From Pristiophorus japonicus (taxonomy: Eukaryota), in the NCBI RefSeq assembly GCF_044704955.1, contig NC_091992.1, positions 128,092,001-128,156,000 of the forward strand: a DNA stretch of 64,000 nucleotides, read 5' to 3'. Under the pieces are notes generated by a model. The model was not told where the DNA came from. It was given only the letters and a program-made list of their open reading frames with translations, and did not search any database. A program made the position numbers and the translations under genes. Below are positions 1 through 12,654 of the stretch, piece by piece. Each line of letters starts with the position of its first letter. Within the stretch, counting starts at the first letter, position 1.

Positions 1-2756
1 GACGAAGGTGCGGATCCACTTGGCTCCAGAGGCACGACCCATTCACCACAAAGCGCGAGCGGTACCTCACATGATGAGGGAGAGTGTGGAAATCGAGCTG
101 TACAGGCTGCAATGCAAGGGCATCATCTCCCCAGTGGAATTCAGCGAGTGGGCCAGCCCAATTGTTCCAGTGCTCAAAAGTGATGGCACGGTCAGAATTT
201 GCGGCGATTATAAAGTAACTATTAATCGTTTCTCGCTACAGGACCAATACCCGCTACCTAAGGCAGATGCTGGCAGGAGGCAAGACGTTCACCAAGCTCG
301 ACCTGACTTTGGCCTACATGACGCAGGAGCTGGTGGAGTCTTCGAAGGGCCTCACCTCCATCAACACACACAAGTGACTGTTCATCTACAACAGATGCCC
401 GTTTGGAATTCGGTCGGCTGCAGCGATCTTCCAGAGAAACATGGAGAGCCTACTCAAGTTGGTACCATGCACAGTGGTTTTTCAGGACGACATATTGGTC
501 ATGGGTCGGGACACCGCCGAGCACCTACAAAACCTGGAGGAGGTTCTCCAGTGACTGTATCGCATAGGGCTGCGGCTGAAGAGGTCGAAATGCATCTTCA
601 TGGCAACAGAAGTGGAGTTTTGGGGAGAAAGATCGCGGCGGACGGCATTCGGCCCACAGACGCCAAGACAGAGGCTATCAGGAACGCGCCCAGGCCACAG
701 AACGTCACGGAGCTGCGGTCGTTCCTGGGATTCCTCAACTATTTTGGTAACTTCCTACTGGGGTTAAGCACCTTTTTATAGCCCCTACATGTGTTATTGT
801 GCAAAGGTGAGAACTGGGTATGGGGGAAAAAAAACAAGTAATTGCTTTTGAGAAAGCCAGAAACATTTTATGCTCCAACAAGCTGCTTGTATTGTATAAC
901 CCGTGTAAAAGACTTGTGCTAGCATGTGACGCGTCGTCGTACAGATTCGGGTGTGTATTACAATAATCTAACGTTGCGGGGAGGTTGCAACCTGTCACCT
1001 ATGCTTCCAGGAGCTTGTCTAAGGCCGAGAGGGCCTACAGCATGATTGAGAAAGAGGCATTAGCATGTGTGTTCGGGGTAAAGAAAATGCATCAGTCCCT
1101 GTTTGGCCTCAAATTTGAGCTGGAAACTGATCACAAACCCCTCATATCCCTGTTCGATGAAAACAAGGGGAGAAATACTAATGCCTCAGCCCGCATACAA
1201 AGGTGGGCACTCGCACTATCAGCGTATAACTATACCATCCGCCACAGGCCAGGCACCGAGAACTGTGCGGATGTTCTCAGTCGGCTACCATTGCCCACCA
1301 CGGGGGTGGAAATGGCGCAGCCTGCAAACTTGTTGATGGTGGCGCAGCCCGCAGAATTGTTGATGGTCATGGAAGTGTTTGAAAATGATAAATCACCTGT
1401 CACGACCCGCCAGATTAGGACTTGGACCAGCCAAGATCCTCTGTTGTCCCTAGTAAAAAACCGTGTACTGCATGGGAGCTGGGCCAGCATCCCCGTTGAA
1501 ATGCAAGAGCTAATCAAGCCGTTCCAGTGGTGAAAGGACGAGCTGTCCATTCAGGCAGATTGCCTGTTGTGAGGTAACCGTGTAGTGCTACCCAAAAAGG
1601 GCAGGGAGACGTTCATCTCGGATCTCCACAGCACACACCCGGGTATAGTAATGATGAAAGCGATAGCCAGATCCCATGTGTGGTGGCCCGGTATCGACTC
1701 TGACTTAGAGTCCTGTGTACGGCAATGCCTCTAAGTTTGTGGTCCTGGCCCTCCAGACCATGGTCGAGGATCCATGTCGACTATGCGGGCCTGGTTCTCG
1801 GTAAAATGTTCCTGGTGGTGGTGGATGCTTTTTCAAAATGGATTGAATGTGAAATAATGTCGAGAAGCACCGCCACCGCCACCATTGAAAGCCTGAGGGC
1901 CATGTTTGCCACCCACGGCCTGCCTGACATAATGGTCAGTGACAATGGGCCATGTTTCACCAGTGCCGAATTTAAAGAATTCATGACCCGCAATGGGATC
2001 AAACATGTCACCTCAGCCCCATTTAAACCAGCCTCCAATGGGCAGGCAGAGCGGGCAGTACAAACAATCAAACAGAGCCTCAAATGAGTCACAGAAGGCT
2101 CACTCCAAACCCGCCTGTCCTGAGTACTGCTCAGTTATCGCACGAGGCCCCACTCACTCGCAGGGGTGTCCCCGGCTGAGCTACTCATGAAAAGGACACT
2201 TAAAACCAGACTCTCGCTGGTTCACCCCAACCTGCATGATCAGGTAGAGAGCAGGCGGCAGCAACAAAATGTAAACGATGGTCGCGCCACTGTGTCACGG
2301 GAAATTGATCTGAATGACCCTGTGTATGTGCTAAACTATGGACATGGTCCCAAGTGGATCGCGGGCACGGTGATAGCTAAAGAAGGGAGTAGGGTGTTTG
2401 TAGTCAAACTAGACAATGGACAAATTTGCAGAAAGCACCTGGACCAAACGAGGCTGCGGTTCACAGACTGCCCTGAACAACCCACAGCAGACACCACCTT
2501 TTGCGAGCCCACAACACACACCCAAAGGATCAACGACACCATCCCGGACCAGGAAATTGAACCCATCACACCCAACAGCCCAACAAGGCCAGGCTCACCC
2601 AGCAGCCCTGCAGGGCCAACAACACGCCAGCCCAGCGAGGGCACAGCCAACGCACCAGAACAGACATTTGTACCAAGGCGGTCCACCAGGGAAAGAAAGG
2701 CTCCCGACCGCCTCACCTTGTAAATAGTTTTCACTCTGACTTTGGGTGGGTAGTGA
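1..2756 (+). mobile_element. Gypsy/Ty3 LTR retrotransposon A, decayed pol (RT, RNase H, integrase); continues beyond the left edge of the window
   Basis: ORFs 8..781, 985..1533, 1725..2087 and 2166..2723 carry Gypsy motifs (SEWASPIVPVLKSDGTVRICGDYK; YSMIEKEALAC..TDHKPL; WSRIHVDYAG..SDNGPCF..SNGQAER). Multiple stops and frameshifts. Purine-rich tract GGGTGGGTAGTGA precedes the LTR. Confidence 0.95.
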
Positions 2757-2967
2757 TGTTGTGTATCTGTAAAGCATGCACTCCCATGTTCCACCACCAG
2801 GGAGCGCATCCCCTGAAGTCCCAAGGGATCCCAGCATCCCTTGGGAGCACTGTATATAAGCCAGCCCCTAAGGCCTGTTCCTCACTCTGGAGTGTCTTAT
2901 TAAAGACTGAGGTCACTGTTACTGTAACCTCCCTGTGTGCAGCCTCATCTGTGTTAGGAACACAACA
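2757..2967 (+). mobile_element. 3' LTR of Gypsy element A
   Basis: Inverted termini TGTTGTG...CACAACA, TATATAA near 2853 and ATTAAA near 2899; directly follows the PPT. Confidence 0.85.
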
Positions 2968-3220
2968 GTTATGCTGATAGTTTAGATGAAGTAGGGTGGG
3001 AGGAAGCTCGTGTTGAGCATAAACGCCGGCATAGGCAAGTTGGGCCGAATGGCCTGTTTCTATGCTGTATTGTAATTAGTCAGAGCGTGACGTTAATCAG
3101 CGTGCAAAGACAAGTTGATATATCATCCATTTTGATATAGCGGCTCCTCTTGCTGCCCTCTCCAAAGCATGCCCGTGCGTGCAGCTGTTAAAAGTGCTTC
3201 AGCTGCATTAACAGCTGTGT

Positions 3221-5802
3221 AGAGAGTTGTGTACAGACCATCAAACAGTAATAGTGAGGTTGGGGATGGCATCAAACAAGAAATTAGGGATGCGTGCAAT
3301 AAAGGTACAGCAGTTATAATGGGTGACTTTAATCTACATATTAATTGGGCTAACCAAGCTGGTAGCAATGCGGTGGAGGAGGATTTCCTGGAGTGTTATT
3401 AGGGATGGCTTTCTAGACCAATATGTCAAGGAACCAGCTAGAGAGCTGGCCATCCTAGACTGGGTGATGTGTAATGAGAAAGAACTAATTAGCAATCTTG
3501 TTGTGCGAGGCCCCCTGGGGAAGAGTGACCATAATATGGTAGAATTCTTTATTAAGATGGAGAGTGCCACAGTTAATTCAGAGACTAGGGTCCTGAACTT
3601 AAGGAAAAGTAACTTCGATGGTAAGAGACGTGAATTGGCTAGGATCGACTGACAAATGATACTTAAAGGTTGACAGTGGATAGGCAATGGCAGACATTTA
3701 TAGATTACATGGATGAACGTCAACAATTGTCCATCCCTGTCTGGAGTAAAAATAAAAAGGGGAAGGTAGCTCAACCAAGGCTAACAAAGGAAATTAGGGA
3801 TAGTGTTAAATTCAAGGAAGAGGCATATACATTGGCCAGAAAAAGCAGCAAACCTGAGGACTGGGAGAAATTTAGAATTCAGCAGAGGAGGACAAAGGGT
3901 CTAATTAGGAGGGGGAAAATAAAGTATGAGAGGAAGCTTGCAGGGAATATAAAAACTGACTGCAAAAGCTTCTATAGATATGTGAAGAGAAAAAGATTAG
4001 TAAAGACCAATGTAGGTGCTTTGCAGACAGAATCAGGTGAATTTATAATGGGGACCAAAGAAATGGCAGACCAATTGAACAAATACTTTGGATCTGTCTT
4101 CACTAAGGAAGACACAAATAACCTGCTGGAAATACTGGGGGTTCGAGGGACTAGCGAAAAGGAGGAACTGAAGGAAATCCTTATTAGTCAGGAAATTGGG
4201 TTAGGGAAATTGATGGGATTGAAGGCCGATAAATCCCCAGGGCCTGATAGGCTGCATCCCAGAGTACTTAAGTACCTAGAAATAGTGGATGCATTGGTGA
4301 TAATTTTCCAACATTCTATTGACTCTGGATCAGTTCCTAGGGACTGGATGGTAGCTAATGTAACACCACTTTTTAAAAAAGGAGGGAGAGAGAAAACAGG
4401 GAATTATAGACCGGTTATCCTGACATCAGTGGTGGGGAAAATGTTGGAATCAATTATTAAAGATGAAATAGCAGTGCATTTGGAAAGCAGTGACAGGATC
4501 GGTCCAAGTCAGCATGGATTTATGAAAGGGAAATCATGCTCGACAATTCTTCTAGAATTTTTTGAGGATGTAACTAGTAGAGTGGACAAGGGAGAACCAG
4601 TGGATGTGGTGTATTTGGACTTTCAAAAGGCTTTTGACAAGGTCCCACACAAGAGATTAGTGTGCAAAATTAAAGCACATGGTATTGGGGGTAATGTATT
4701 GACGTGGATAGAGAACTGGTTGGCAGACAGGAAGCAGAGAGTTGGAATAAACGGGTCCTTTTCAGAATGGCAAGCAGTGACCAGTGGGGTGCCACAGGGT
4801 TCAGTGTTGGGACCCCAGCTATTTACAATATATCAATGATTTAGATGAAGGAATTGAATGTAATATCTTCAAGTTTGCAGATGACACTAAGCTGGGTGGC
4901 GGTGTAAGCTCTGAGGAGGATTCTAAGAGGCTGAAGGGTGACTTGGACAGGTTAGGTGAGTGGGCAAACGCATGGCAGATGCAGTATAATGGATAAATGT
5001 GAGGTTATCCACTTTGGTGGCAAAAACAGGAAGACAGAATATTATCTGAATGGTGACAGATTAGGAAAAGGGGAGGTGCAACGAGACCTGGGTGTCATGG
5101 TACATCAGTCATTGAAGTTTGGCATACAGGTGCAGCAGGCGGTGAAGAAGGCAAATGGCATGTTAGCCTTCATAGCTCGAGGATTTGAGTATAGGAGCAG
5201 GGAGGTCTTACTGCAGTTGTACAGGGCCTTGGTGAGCCACACCTGGAATATTGTATTCAGTTTTGGTCTCCTAAACTGAGGAAGGATGTTCTTGTTATTG
5301 AGGGAGTACAGCGAAGGTTTACCAGATTGATTCCCGGGATGGCAAGACTGACATATGAGGAGTGACTGGATCAACTGGGCTTGTATCCACTGGAGTTTAG
5401 AAGAGAGGGGATCTCATAGAAACATATAATATTCTGACGGGATTGGACAGGTTAGAGGCAGTTTGAATGTTCCCGTTGCTGGGGAGTTCAAGAACTAGGG
5501 GTCACAGTCTAAGAATAAGGGGTAAGCCATTCAGGACCGAGATGAGGAGAAACTTCTTCACTCAGAGAGTGATTAACCTGTGAAATTCTCTACCGCAGAA
5601 AGTTGTTGATGCCAGTTCGTTAGATATATTCAAAACGGAGTTAGATATGGTCCTTAAGGCTAAGGGGATCAAGGGGTATGGAGAGAAAGCAGGAAAGGGG
5701 TATTGAGGGAATGATCAGCCATGATCTTATTGAATGGCGATGCAGGCTTGAAGGGCCGAATGGCCTGCTCCTGCACCTAATTTCTATGTTTCTGTTTCTA
5801 TG
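3221..5802 (+). mobile_element. CR1 LINE ORF2 (endonuclease end + RT) with 3' tail, decayed
   Basis: ORFs 3323..3652, 3670..4839 and 4956..5279 (KSPGPD, NYRPV, YLDFQKAFDKVPH, SGVPQGSVLGP, FADDTKL); TTCTATGT-type tail repeats near 5780-5802. Confidence 0.95.
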
Positions 5803-6040
5803 TAACAGCCATGAGGATGCTTCAACTGACAAATGTAAGACAGCCAGAACTCTCCACATAGCATTAATCGCAAGCCTAGGTCGTGAGAGGTATACCTTGA
5901 GATCACATGGTTTCAGATGGAGTGGACACAAAGTATCGCAATTGTGTGGGATAGGCTCGATAGACCAGAGGGTCTTTATCTGTCCCTCATTGTTCATAGA
6001 TGTTAGGTACTTCTTACTTTCCCAGAGAGTAGTGAGCCAC

Positions 6041-6617
6041 TGAAATGTGATGTGTGCTGACTCTCTGCATACAATCAAGAGGGAGCGAGGCCAGTTCTTG
6101 GCTACAGCAGAGATCACATCTTATAGAAGGTAAGTGGTTTAACAGTTAATGTACACATGGTAAACACCATCTCCTGGACTAGTTTTGATCGACTGAGGGG
6201 TTTGGAGATACATTTTCTAAAGTTTTTTTCCCCTTATTGGCTGTTTTTTTGGGGGTTTTTGCCTCTCCTAGTAGATGCCCTAGCTACTGGGGGTAAGAAG
6301 TGTCTCGTCATGATGCTCCAGCCAATATGAGTGTGGGGCAGAGTTGATGGACTAGCTGTGTTTTTCATACGTGGTACATCAGCCCACTAGGAGAGGCAAA
6401 AACCCCCCAAAAAACAGCCAATAAGGGGAAAAAAACTTTAGAAAATGTATCTCCAAACCCCTCAGTCGATCAAAACTAGTCCAGGAGATGGTGTTTACCA
6501 TGTGTACATTAACTGTTAAACCACTTACCTTCTATAAGATGTGATCTCTGCTGTAGCCAAGAACTGGCCTCGCTCCCTCTTGATTGTATGCAGAGAGTCA
6601 GCACACATCACATTTCA
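6041..6617. repeat. Near-perfect 232-bp inverted repeat (arms 6041-6272 and 6386-6617, spacer about 113 bp)
   Basis: The right arm is the reverse complement of the left arm. I saw one mismatch, in the T7G5 versus C6A6 run. Confidence 0.95.
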
Positions 6618-7249
6618 AAGGAACTGTCTTACTGCAGATATAGATAACAGAACAGTGTAATATCACAAGTAGCAGCTGATTTATAAACAGGAACTCACCA
6701 CATAAGCCATATGGGTGGGGAAACACTGTGACTTTGATACATTTCCAAATCTTCTTCTGAACAGAAGTGCCAGAAAAACAAACGGAAATTGCAAACAGCC
6801 CACAGATTGCAAAAGAAAAAGACCATGGGTCCAAAATTCGGATCCTTCGCGCCTGTTTTTTTTCGGTGCTACTAGTGCACCGTTTGGTTCAAATGGTGTT
6901 CGCGGCACACGCAAAGGGTTGTGTGGCGAATCGCACCGGACACCAAATTGGTGAGGGCGTTAGCGCACGCGCAATAAAGGTGCACTGCAAGTATATAGAG
7001 CAGGCAGATCATGATGCCAATCAGCATACAACGCTAATTTGATGCCAGCAGTGCCATTTTGGAGCGCAATGCTCCAGCCAATGCCCCCTCTTAACCGCGC
7101 ACAGCTGAACGCAGGAAGGCCCCCCCCATCAGCACTATTTAAAGGGATCACACAGAAGTACACAGAAGTTGCTGATTTATTTCTACTGGCTGTTGCTACA
7201 ATTCTACAAGTGTTTGGTTCCTTCTATAGTTGTTTAAAGTTGCTGAAGT

Positions 7250-8372
7250 CTATGGGGAGTGGTGTGGCAGATCCTGAAGGATCTTTCCCTGTCTTCAAAG
7301 CTTTTGCACAAACCACTTGCTGCCAGACGTGGAGAAAGAGCAGAGGGAAGGCAGCTGGAAAAGGAAGAATGAAGAGGGGGAGAAGGGCTCTCAGCAAGAG
7401 GCCATATCCGCCTAGAGTGTTCAGGGAGCAATTCTCCTCACTGAACCTCAGCGAGAAACAACGTGTGGGACATCTGTGCTTCAGTAAGGATGTCCTCATT
7501 GAAATCTGCCACATGCTGCAGCCACAACTCAGAGCAGGGCAAGGACCACATTGCCAGTGAGATGACCGTGGCCATGAACTTTTATGCATCAGGCTGGAGC
7601 TGGAGACATTTGCAACATCTCGCAATTTGCCATCCACTGTTGCGTAAGTAAGGACACCGAGGCTTTCTATTCCAAGAGAGCTGACTGCATTTCGTTCTCT
7701 CTTGCCAGAGACCAGCCAGCAGAGCAAGTACACAACTTTGCTAGGATTTCAGCTTTCCCCGTGGTGCAGGGTGCCATTGACTGCACACACATTGCTTTGT
7801 GGGCACTGCATGTCAACTCTGCAATGTATCGGACCCGAAAGGGATTCCACTCCCTCAGCTTCCAGCTGGTGTGCGACCCTAGGCAGCGAAGAATGCAGGT
7901 GAATGCCAGCTATCCCGGCAGCAGTCATGATGCCTTTCATTCTGCGGCAGTCCGCTGAGCCAGCTGCATTTCAGCCAACACGGCAAATAATAGGGTGGCT
8001 ACTGAGTGACAAGAGCAATCTAATGACCGGGTAGTGTCCCCGGTACACAACCCATGCACACATGCGCAGCATACATACAATGAAAGCTGTGCTGCAGCAC
8101 AAAATGCGATAGAGCAGACCATTGGCATGCTGGAACAATGCTTCCACTGCCTGGACCACTCGGGAGGACCTCTGCAGTACTCGGCAGAAAGGGTGTCAAG
8201 ATTCGTGGTGGTCTGCTGCATGCTGCACAACCTTATCATCAAGCGGGCACGACCCTTGCCAGCAGCTATACGGGGAGCAGCTGAGGAGCAGGGGCATGAA
8301 GAGAAGGAGGAAGAGAGAGTGCAACCTAGAAAGCCCCTTTCTGCCCAGGCTGTCTGTGATGAACTCATCTGA
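7250..8372 (+). pseudogene. PIF/Harbinger (HARBI1-like) DDE transposase remnant
   Basis: ORF fragments: RPYPPRVFRE..LNLSE; GDICNISQFAIHCC; FPVVQGAIDCTHIAL; RKGFHSL..QLVCD; YPGSSHDAF; IEQTIGMLEQCFHCLD; VVVCCMLHN. Frameshifted. Confidence 0.9.
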
Positions 8373-8451
8373 GTGCGATATGAGTAACTGCAACCTCAAT
8401 TCTCCATTCACCAACACTCCCACATATTACCTTCCTTCTGTCACTGACTAT

Positions 8452-9295
8452 GGGCCCAAATTTGGCCAGGAGTTGCTCCGTTTTTTTTGGAGCAACTTGA
8501 TTTTTCTGGAGTATCTTAAAAATCCCCATTCTGCAAATTTAATTTGCGGCAGTGTAAGTGAGTTAGGATTTTTTTTAGTTTAGTTTTTTTTTTCAAAAGG
8601 GAGCGTTACCAGCCACCTATGCCTGTTTTGGCCATTTAAGCCAGTTTGGACAGCTAATAGTTCCTCCAAACTAACTTAGGCCAGCTTGTGGCCACTTGTG
8701 GCCACACAGAAAACCCTTGCGGAGAGTTAAGAAATCAGCGCAGGTAAGTACATTCTAAAGCACCAAGCACTAAACAAAGCATAAAAATAAGCATTCAATA
8801 ACAAATAAAAAATACAAGGAAGTTGAGAGGACCTGCACCAAGCACCAAGATTTACAAAGCACTAAACAAAGCTCAAACAGTAATAAGCAATTAATTAATA
8901 AAAAATAGAAGGAATCCTGCACCTAATGCACCAAGACCAAAGAGATAAGCAATCAATCAATAACAAATAAAAAATAGAAGTCCTACCAAAACACGGCCCA
9001 GGAATGCTTCGGCCCCTCCCACACAGCCTACAGAGCAGACTCACAGATTCTGGGGGCGAGAAGCTACTGCGCATGCGCACACACTCTGGCGCGCATGTGC
9101 AGAGGTACCAGCACTATTTTCAGCGCCAGGACCTGGCTCCGCCCCCGAATCCAGTTGCCACGCTACGCCACCATTGAGGAGAGGCTGGGAAGCGGCCAAA
9201 CTCGGCCCGAAGATTTTTGCCACCCTTGGAGTTCTACAAAAAAGGCGCACCTCTAGTGAGTGCGTCAGAAATCTGTACTGGCCAAATTTGGGCCC
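8452..9295. mobile_element. Non-autonomous Harbinger-type MITE
   Basis: Perfect 18-bp terminal inverted repeats (TIRs) GGGCCCAAATTTGGCCAG / CTGGCCAAATTTGGGCCC with a 3-bp TAT TSD (8449-8451, 9296-9298). Removing it restores the CR1 sequence GACTATGAAAGT. Confidence 0.9.
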
Positions 9296-9668
9296 TATGA
9301 AAGTAAACTAGCACGAAATATAAAAACAAATAGCAAGAGTTTCTACGGGTATATAAAAAGGAAACAAGTGACTAAAGTAAATGTTGGTCCCTTAGAGGAC
9401 GAGACCGGGGAATTAGTAATGGGGAACACAGAGATGGCAGAAACTCTGATCAAATATTTTATATCAGTCTTTACATAAGAACATAAGAAATAGGAGCAGG
9501 AGTAGGCTATATGGCCCCTCGAGCCTGCTCCGCCATTCAAGAAGATCATGGCTGATCTGATCATGGACTCACTTCTCTGCCCGCTCCCCATAACTCATTA
9601 TCCACTTATTGTTTAAGAAACTGTCTATTTCTGTCTTCAATTTATTCAATGTCCCAGCTCCTTCCACT
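9296..9668. mobile_element. CR1 ORF2 fragment (+) joined to an inverted CR1 3' tail (-)
   Basis: YESKLARNIKTNSKSFY..YFISVFT followed by the (ACATAAGA)n tail in reverse orientation. Confidence 0.85.
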
Positions 9669-10753
9669 GACTGCGCTTGGCTTCTGCATGCTCTCAGCGA
9701 TGAGACTCGAGGTGCTCTGCGCCCTCCCGGATGCACTTCCTCCACCTAGGGCGGTCTTTGGCCAGGGACTCCCAGGTGTCGGTTGGTGTGTTGCACTTTA
9801 TCAAGGAGGCTTTGAGGGTGTCCTTGAAACGTTTCCTCTGCCCACCTGAGGCCCGCCTGCCGTGTAGGAGTTCCGAGTAGAGCGCTTGCTTTGGGAGACG
9901 TGTCAGGCATGCGAACAATGTGGCCCACCCAGCGGAGCTGGTCGAGTGTAGTCAGTGCCTCGATGCTGGGGATGTTGGCCTGGTCAAGGTTGGTGCGTCT
10001 GTCTCCCAGGGGATTTACAGGATCTTGCGGAGACATCATTGGTGGTATTTCTCCAGCGATTTGTGGTGTCTGCTGTATATGTCCACGTCTCTGAGCCATA
10101 CAGGAGGGCGGATATCATTACAGCCCGTAGACCATGAGCTTGGTGGCAGATTTGAGGTCCTGATCTTCGAACACTCTTTTCCTCAGGCGGCCAAAGGCTG
10201 CGCTGGCGGACTGGAGGCAGCGTTGAATCTCGTCATCGATGTCTGCTCTTGCCGATAATAGGCTCCCGAGGTATGGAAAGTGGTTCACGTTGTCCAGGAC
10301 CGCGCCGTGGATCTTGATGACCGGGAGGAAGTGTTGTGTGGTGGGGACAGGCTGGTGGAGGACCTTTGTCTTACGGATGTTTAGTGTAAGGCTCATGCTT
10401 TCGTATGCCTCAGTGAAGACGTTGACTATGACTTGGAGTTCAGTCTCTGAATGTGCGCAGACGCATGCGTTGTCCGTGTACTGTAGCTCAACGACAGAGG
10501 TTAGGACAGTCTTGGATCTGGCCTGGAGACGACGAAGGTTGAACAGGTTCCCACTGGCTCTGTAGTTTAGTTCCACTCCAGCGGGGAGCTTGTTGAGTGA
10601 GAGGTGGAGCATTGCAGCGAGGAAGATTGAGAAGAGGATTGGCGTGATGACGCAGCCCTGCTTGACCCCTGTCCGGATGTGGATTGGGTCTGTGGTGGAT
10701 CCGTTGGTCAGGATCATGGCTTGCATGTCGTCGTGGAGCAGGCTGAGGATCAC
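9669..10753 (-). mobile_element. RTE-clade LINE RT/C-terminal fragment
   Basis: ORF 10118..10753 (GVKQGCVITPILF, LQYTDN, FPYLGS, ASAAFGRLRKRVF) and ORF 9694..9918 (RLPKQALYSEL..GGQRKRFKDTLKASL). Confidence 0.92.
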
Positions 10754-11111
10754 CTGTGTGTTTACAGTACTTAATGACGGGGGTTGATTGTTACAGTGAG
10801 ACCTGATTTCAGGACAATGGGTAGCTAATCATTTAGTCTACATCATCTGTATGTTAATTATTTGTATGTATCATTGATACTATGCATGGAATCGAAGACT
10901 TGATTCTGTATAAACTCCTGCTGATCACCTGGTTTGTGTACAGTAATCCTTCCGACTGTGTGCAGAGGAGGTTGCCTGGCCAGTCATCTCACCTATGTGG
11001 ATAGAGCTACCGTCGGAAGAGGGGTGTGACTTGATCGGTTGGCCCGAAGAACCTACAATCAACACAAATTGACCATCCATGGGCATTGTATGTAAATCCT
11101 ATCTGCATTAC

Positions 11112-11736
11112 AGGGAGCAACGTGCAGCGGCCCAGCCCGGAAATCGGCACGGTCCCGGCCTGCAAGACCGTCGGCAGGCTGGGGCTGTTAGAGGGAGCAA
11201 CGTGCAGCGGCATACCACTGCAGAGAGCAACGCTTGCTGCTGCAGGAGGGCAACGGCTGTGAAGAGGGCGACTGGATTTGACGTCATCCAAATCTAGATC
11301 GCTGATTGGAGCGTGGGCGGGTCGAGCAGGAGCGGCGAGGTTGGGGTGAAGGAGCGGCGAGAGTTCGTAGATGGATGTGATCGAAGCCCAGGAGAGGCGT
11401 GAGTTCGGGGCCCAGAAGAGGCGAGGGCCCAGGGGCAGCACAGGCCCAGCCCACACTGCGATATGTGTGCGCACTAGGTCCATGCAACAGAGCTGTCGCC
11501 AGTCATCTTGGATAATCCTTGCCTTTCCAAGACCTCGCTCTGTCAAGCCCGTGTGGCGGCTGGTGTGCAACGGCCACCCCACGTTAAAACAACCCACGCA
11601 CAGGCATCTTCCACCCTTCAACATGTAGTTCGGGACCTGGAATATTAGTTCCTTCATTGAAATACCTGTGAGCTCATCCCTTTTTGGCGTGGAAGCAAGT
11701 CATCCTAGATGCGAGGGACCGCCTATGATGATGATG
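11112..11736 (+). mobile_element. Non-coding GC-rich retroposon with an RTE-type 3' end ((GAT)n tail); RTE-dependent SINE-like element
   Basis: Homologous to 61813-62382, 48923-49120 and 47085-47185. Its 3' end GCAAGTCATCCT..GGGACCGCCTATGATGATG matches the RTE 3' end at about 34972-35010. Confidence 0.75.
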
Positions 11737-12654
11737 TACAGTCATTCATGAAGCAGTTAGATGTGATTTCTGGACAATGGTTGTTTAGTCTACATCGTCT
11801 GTATGTTAATTATTTACATGTACTATTGATACTATTTTTGAAATATCGAGTTCAAAGGCCTAATTTTGTATTCGTGATATGAGAAAAGGCTGTTTGAGGA
11901 GAGTCTCGAGATTGGAAGGTGCGTGCCTCACAAGTAGAGAGCTGGCTTTGTGAAGTGTTTGTGTCTCAGTAGCATTCATACTGGGTTGGTATAAGTATGA
12001 AGGTTTAACCAAAAGACCTGATCCTGCCATTACTACAACTGAGTGTGTGTGTAATTCCGCTGTTTAAAGCAACAAAGCGAAAAGAGCAAGTCCACAGCTG
12101 TCCAACAGGCTCCACTATCTCTTCAGCTTGCTAAGCGTGAAAGAAAACATGGATAGGGATTTCCAAACCGTTACATCACTCCTACACTTTGCTCTTGCTT
12201 AGGGCAGTGGGAGTGCTGAGACACAGCGCTACGTGAGTGGGAGAGGCGCATGCTATCCTCTCTCAGGATGACAGCATACTCTGCTCCACTACCAGTCTCG
12301 TCAACCAGTGCCCATGTTGGTGCTTAAAGCAGCAGGGCCAAACTGCTCTGGCTGTAACGGCAGTCTGCAGCTGAGGGTTCTCAGGCCAGAGGTCCGATGT
12401 CACCCAGCACGGTCATCTCAAACACCCTCAGTGGATGAACCGCAGCTGTCCATGTCTGTGGGCAGCCAGGAATGGAAAATCTCCCCTTCCTGTGTGTCTG
12501 GAGTATCGCAGCCACTTTACACAGGGTTTGGTATCACTCTCCGGTGTTGTCTACAGCTGCACTGCAGCAGGTGGTATAGCTTTCACTGAACTACAGAAAC
12601 CATGCTAACCTACTTTACAAATAACGGCTGGCTCTCGGTAACACATAAAGCAAT

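Noticed and set aside
8715-8990. CRISPR-like short repeats (AAGCACCAAG/CACTAAACAAAGC)
   Set aside because: These are irregular internal repeats of a MITE, also present at 49510-49665, in eukaryotic DNA with no unique spacers or cas genes.
12150-12590. Possible host exon (ORF 12308..12589)
   Set aside because: No recognisable domain and no convincing pair of splice sites.
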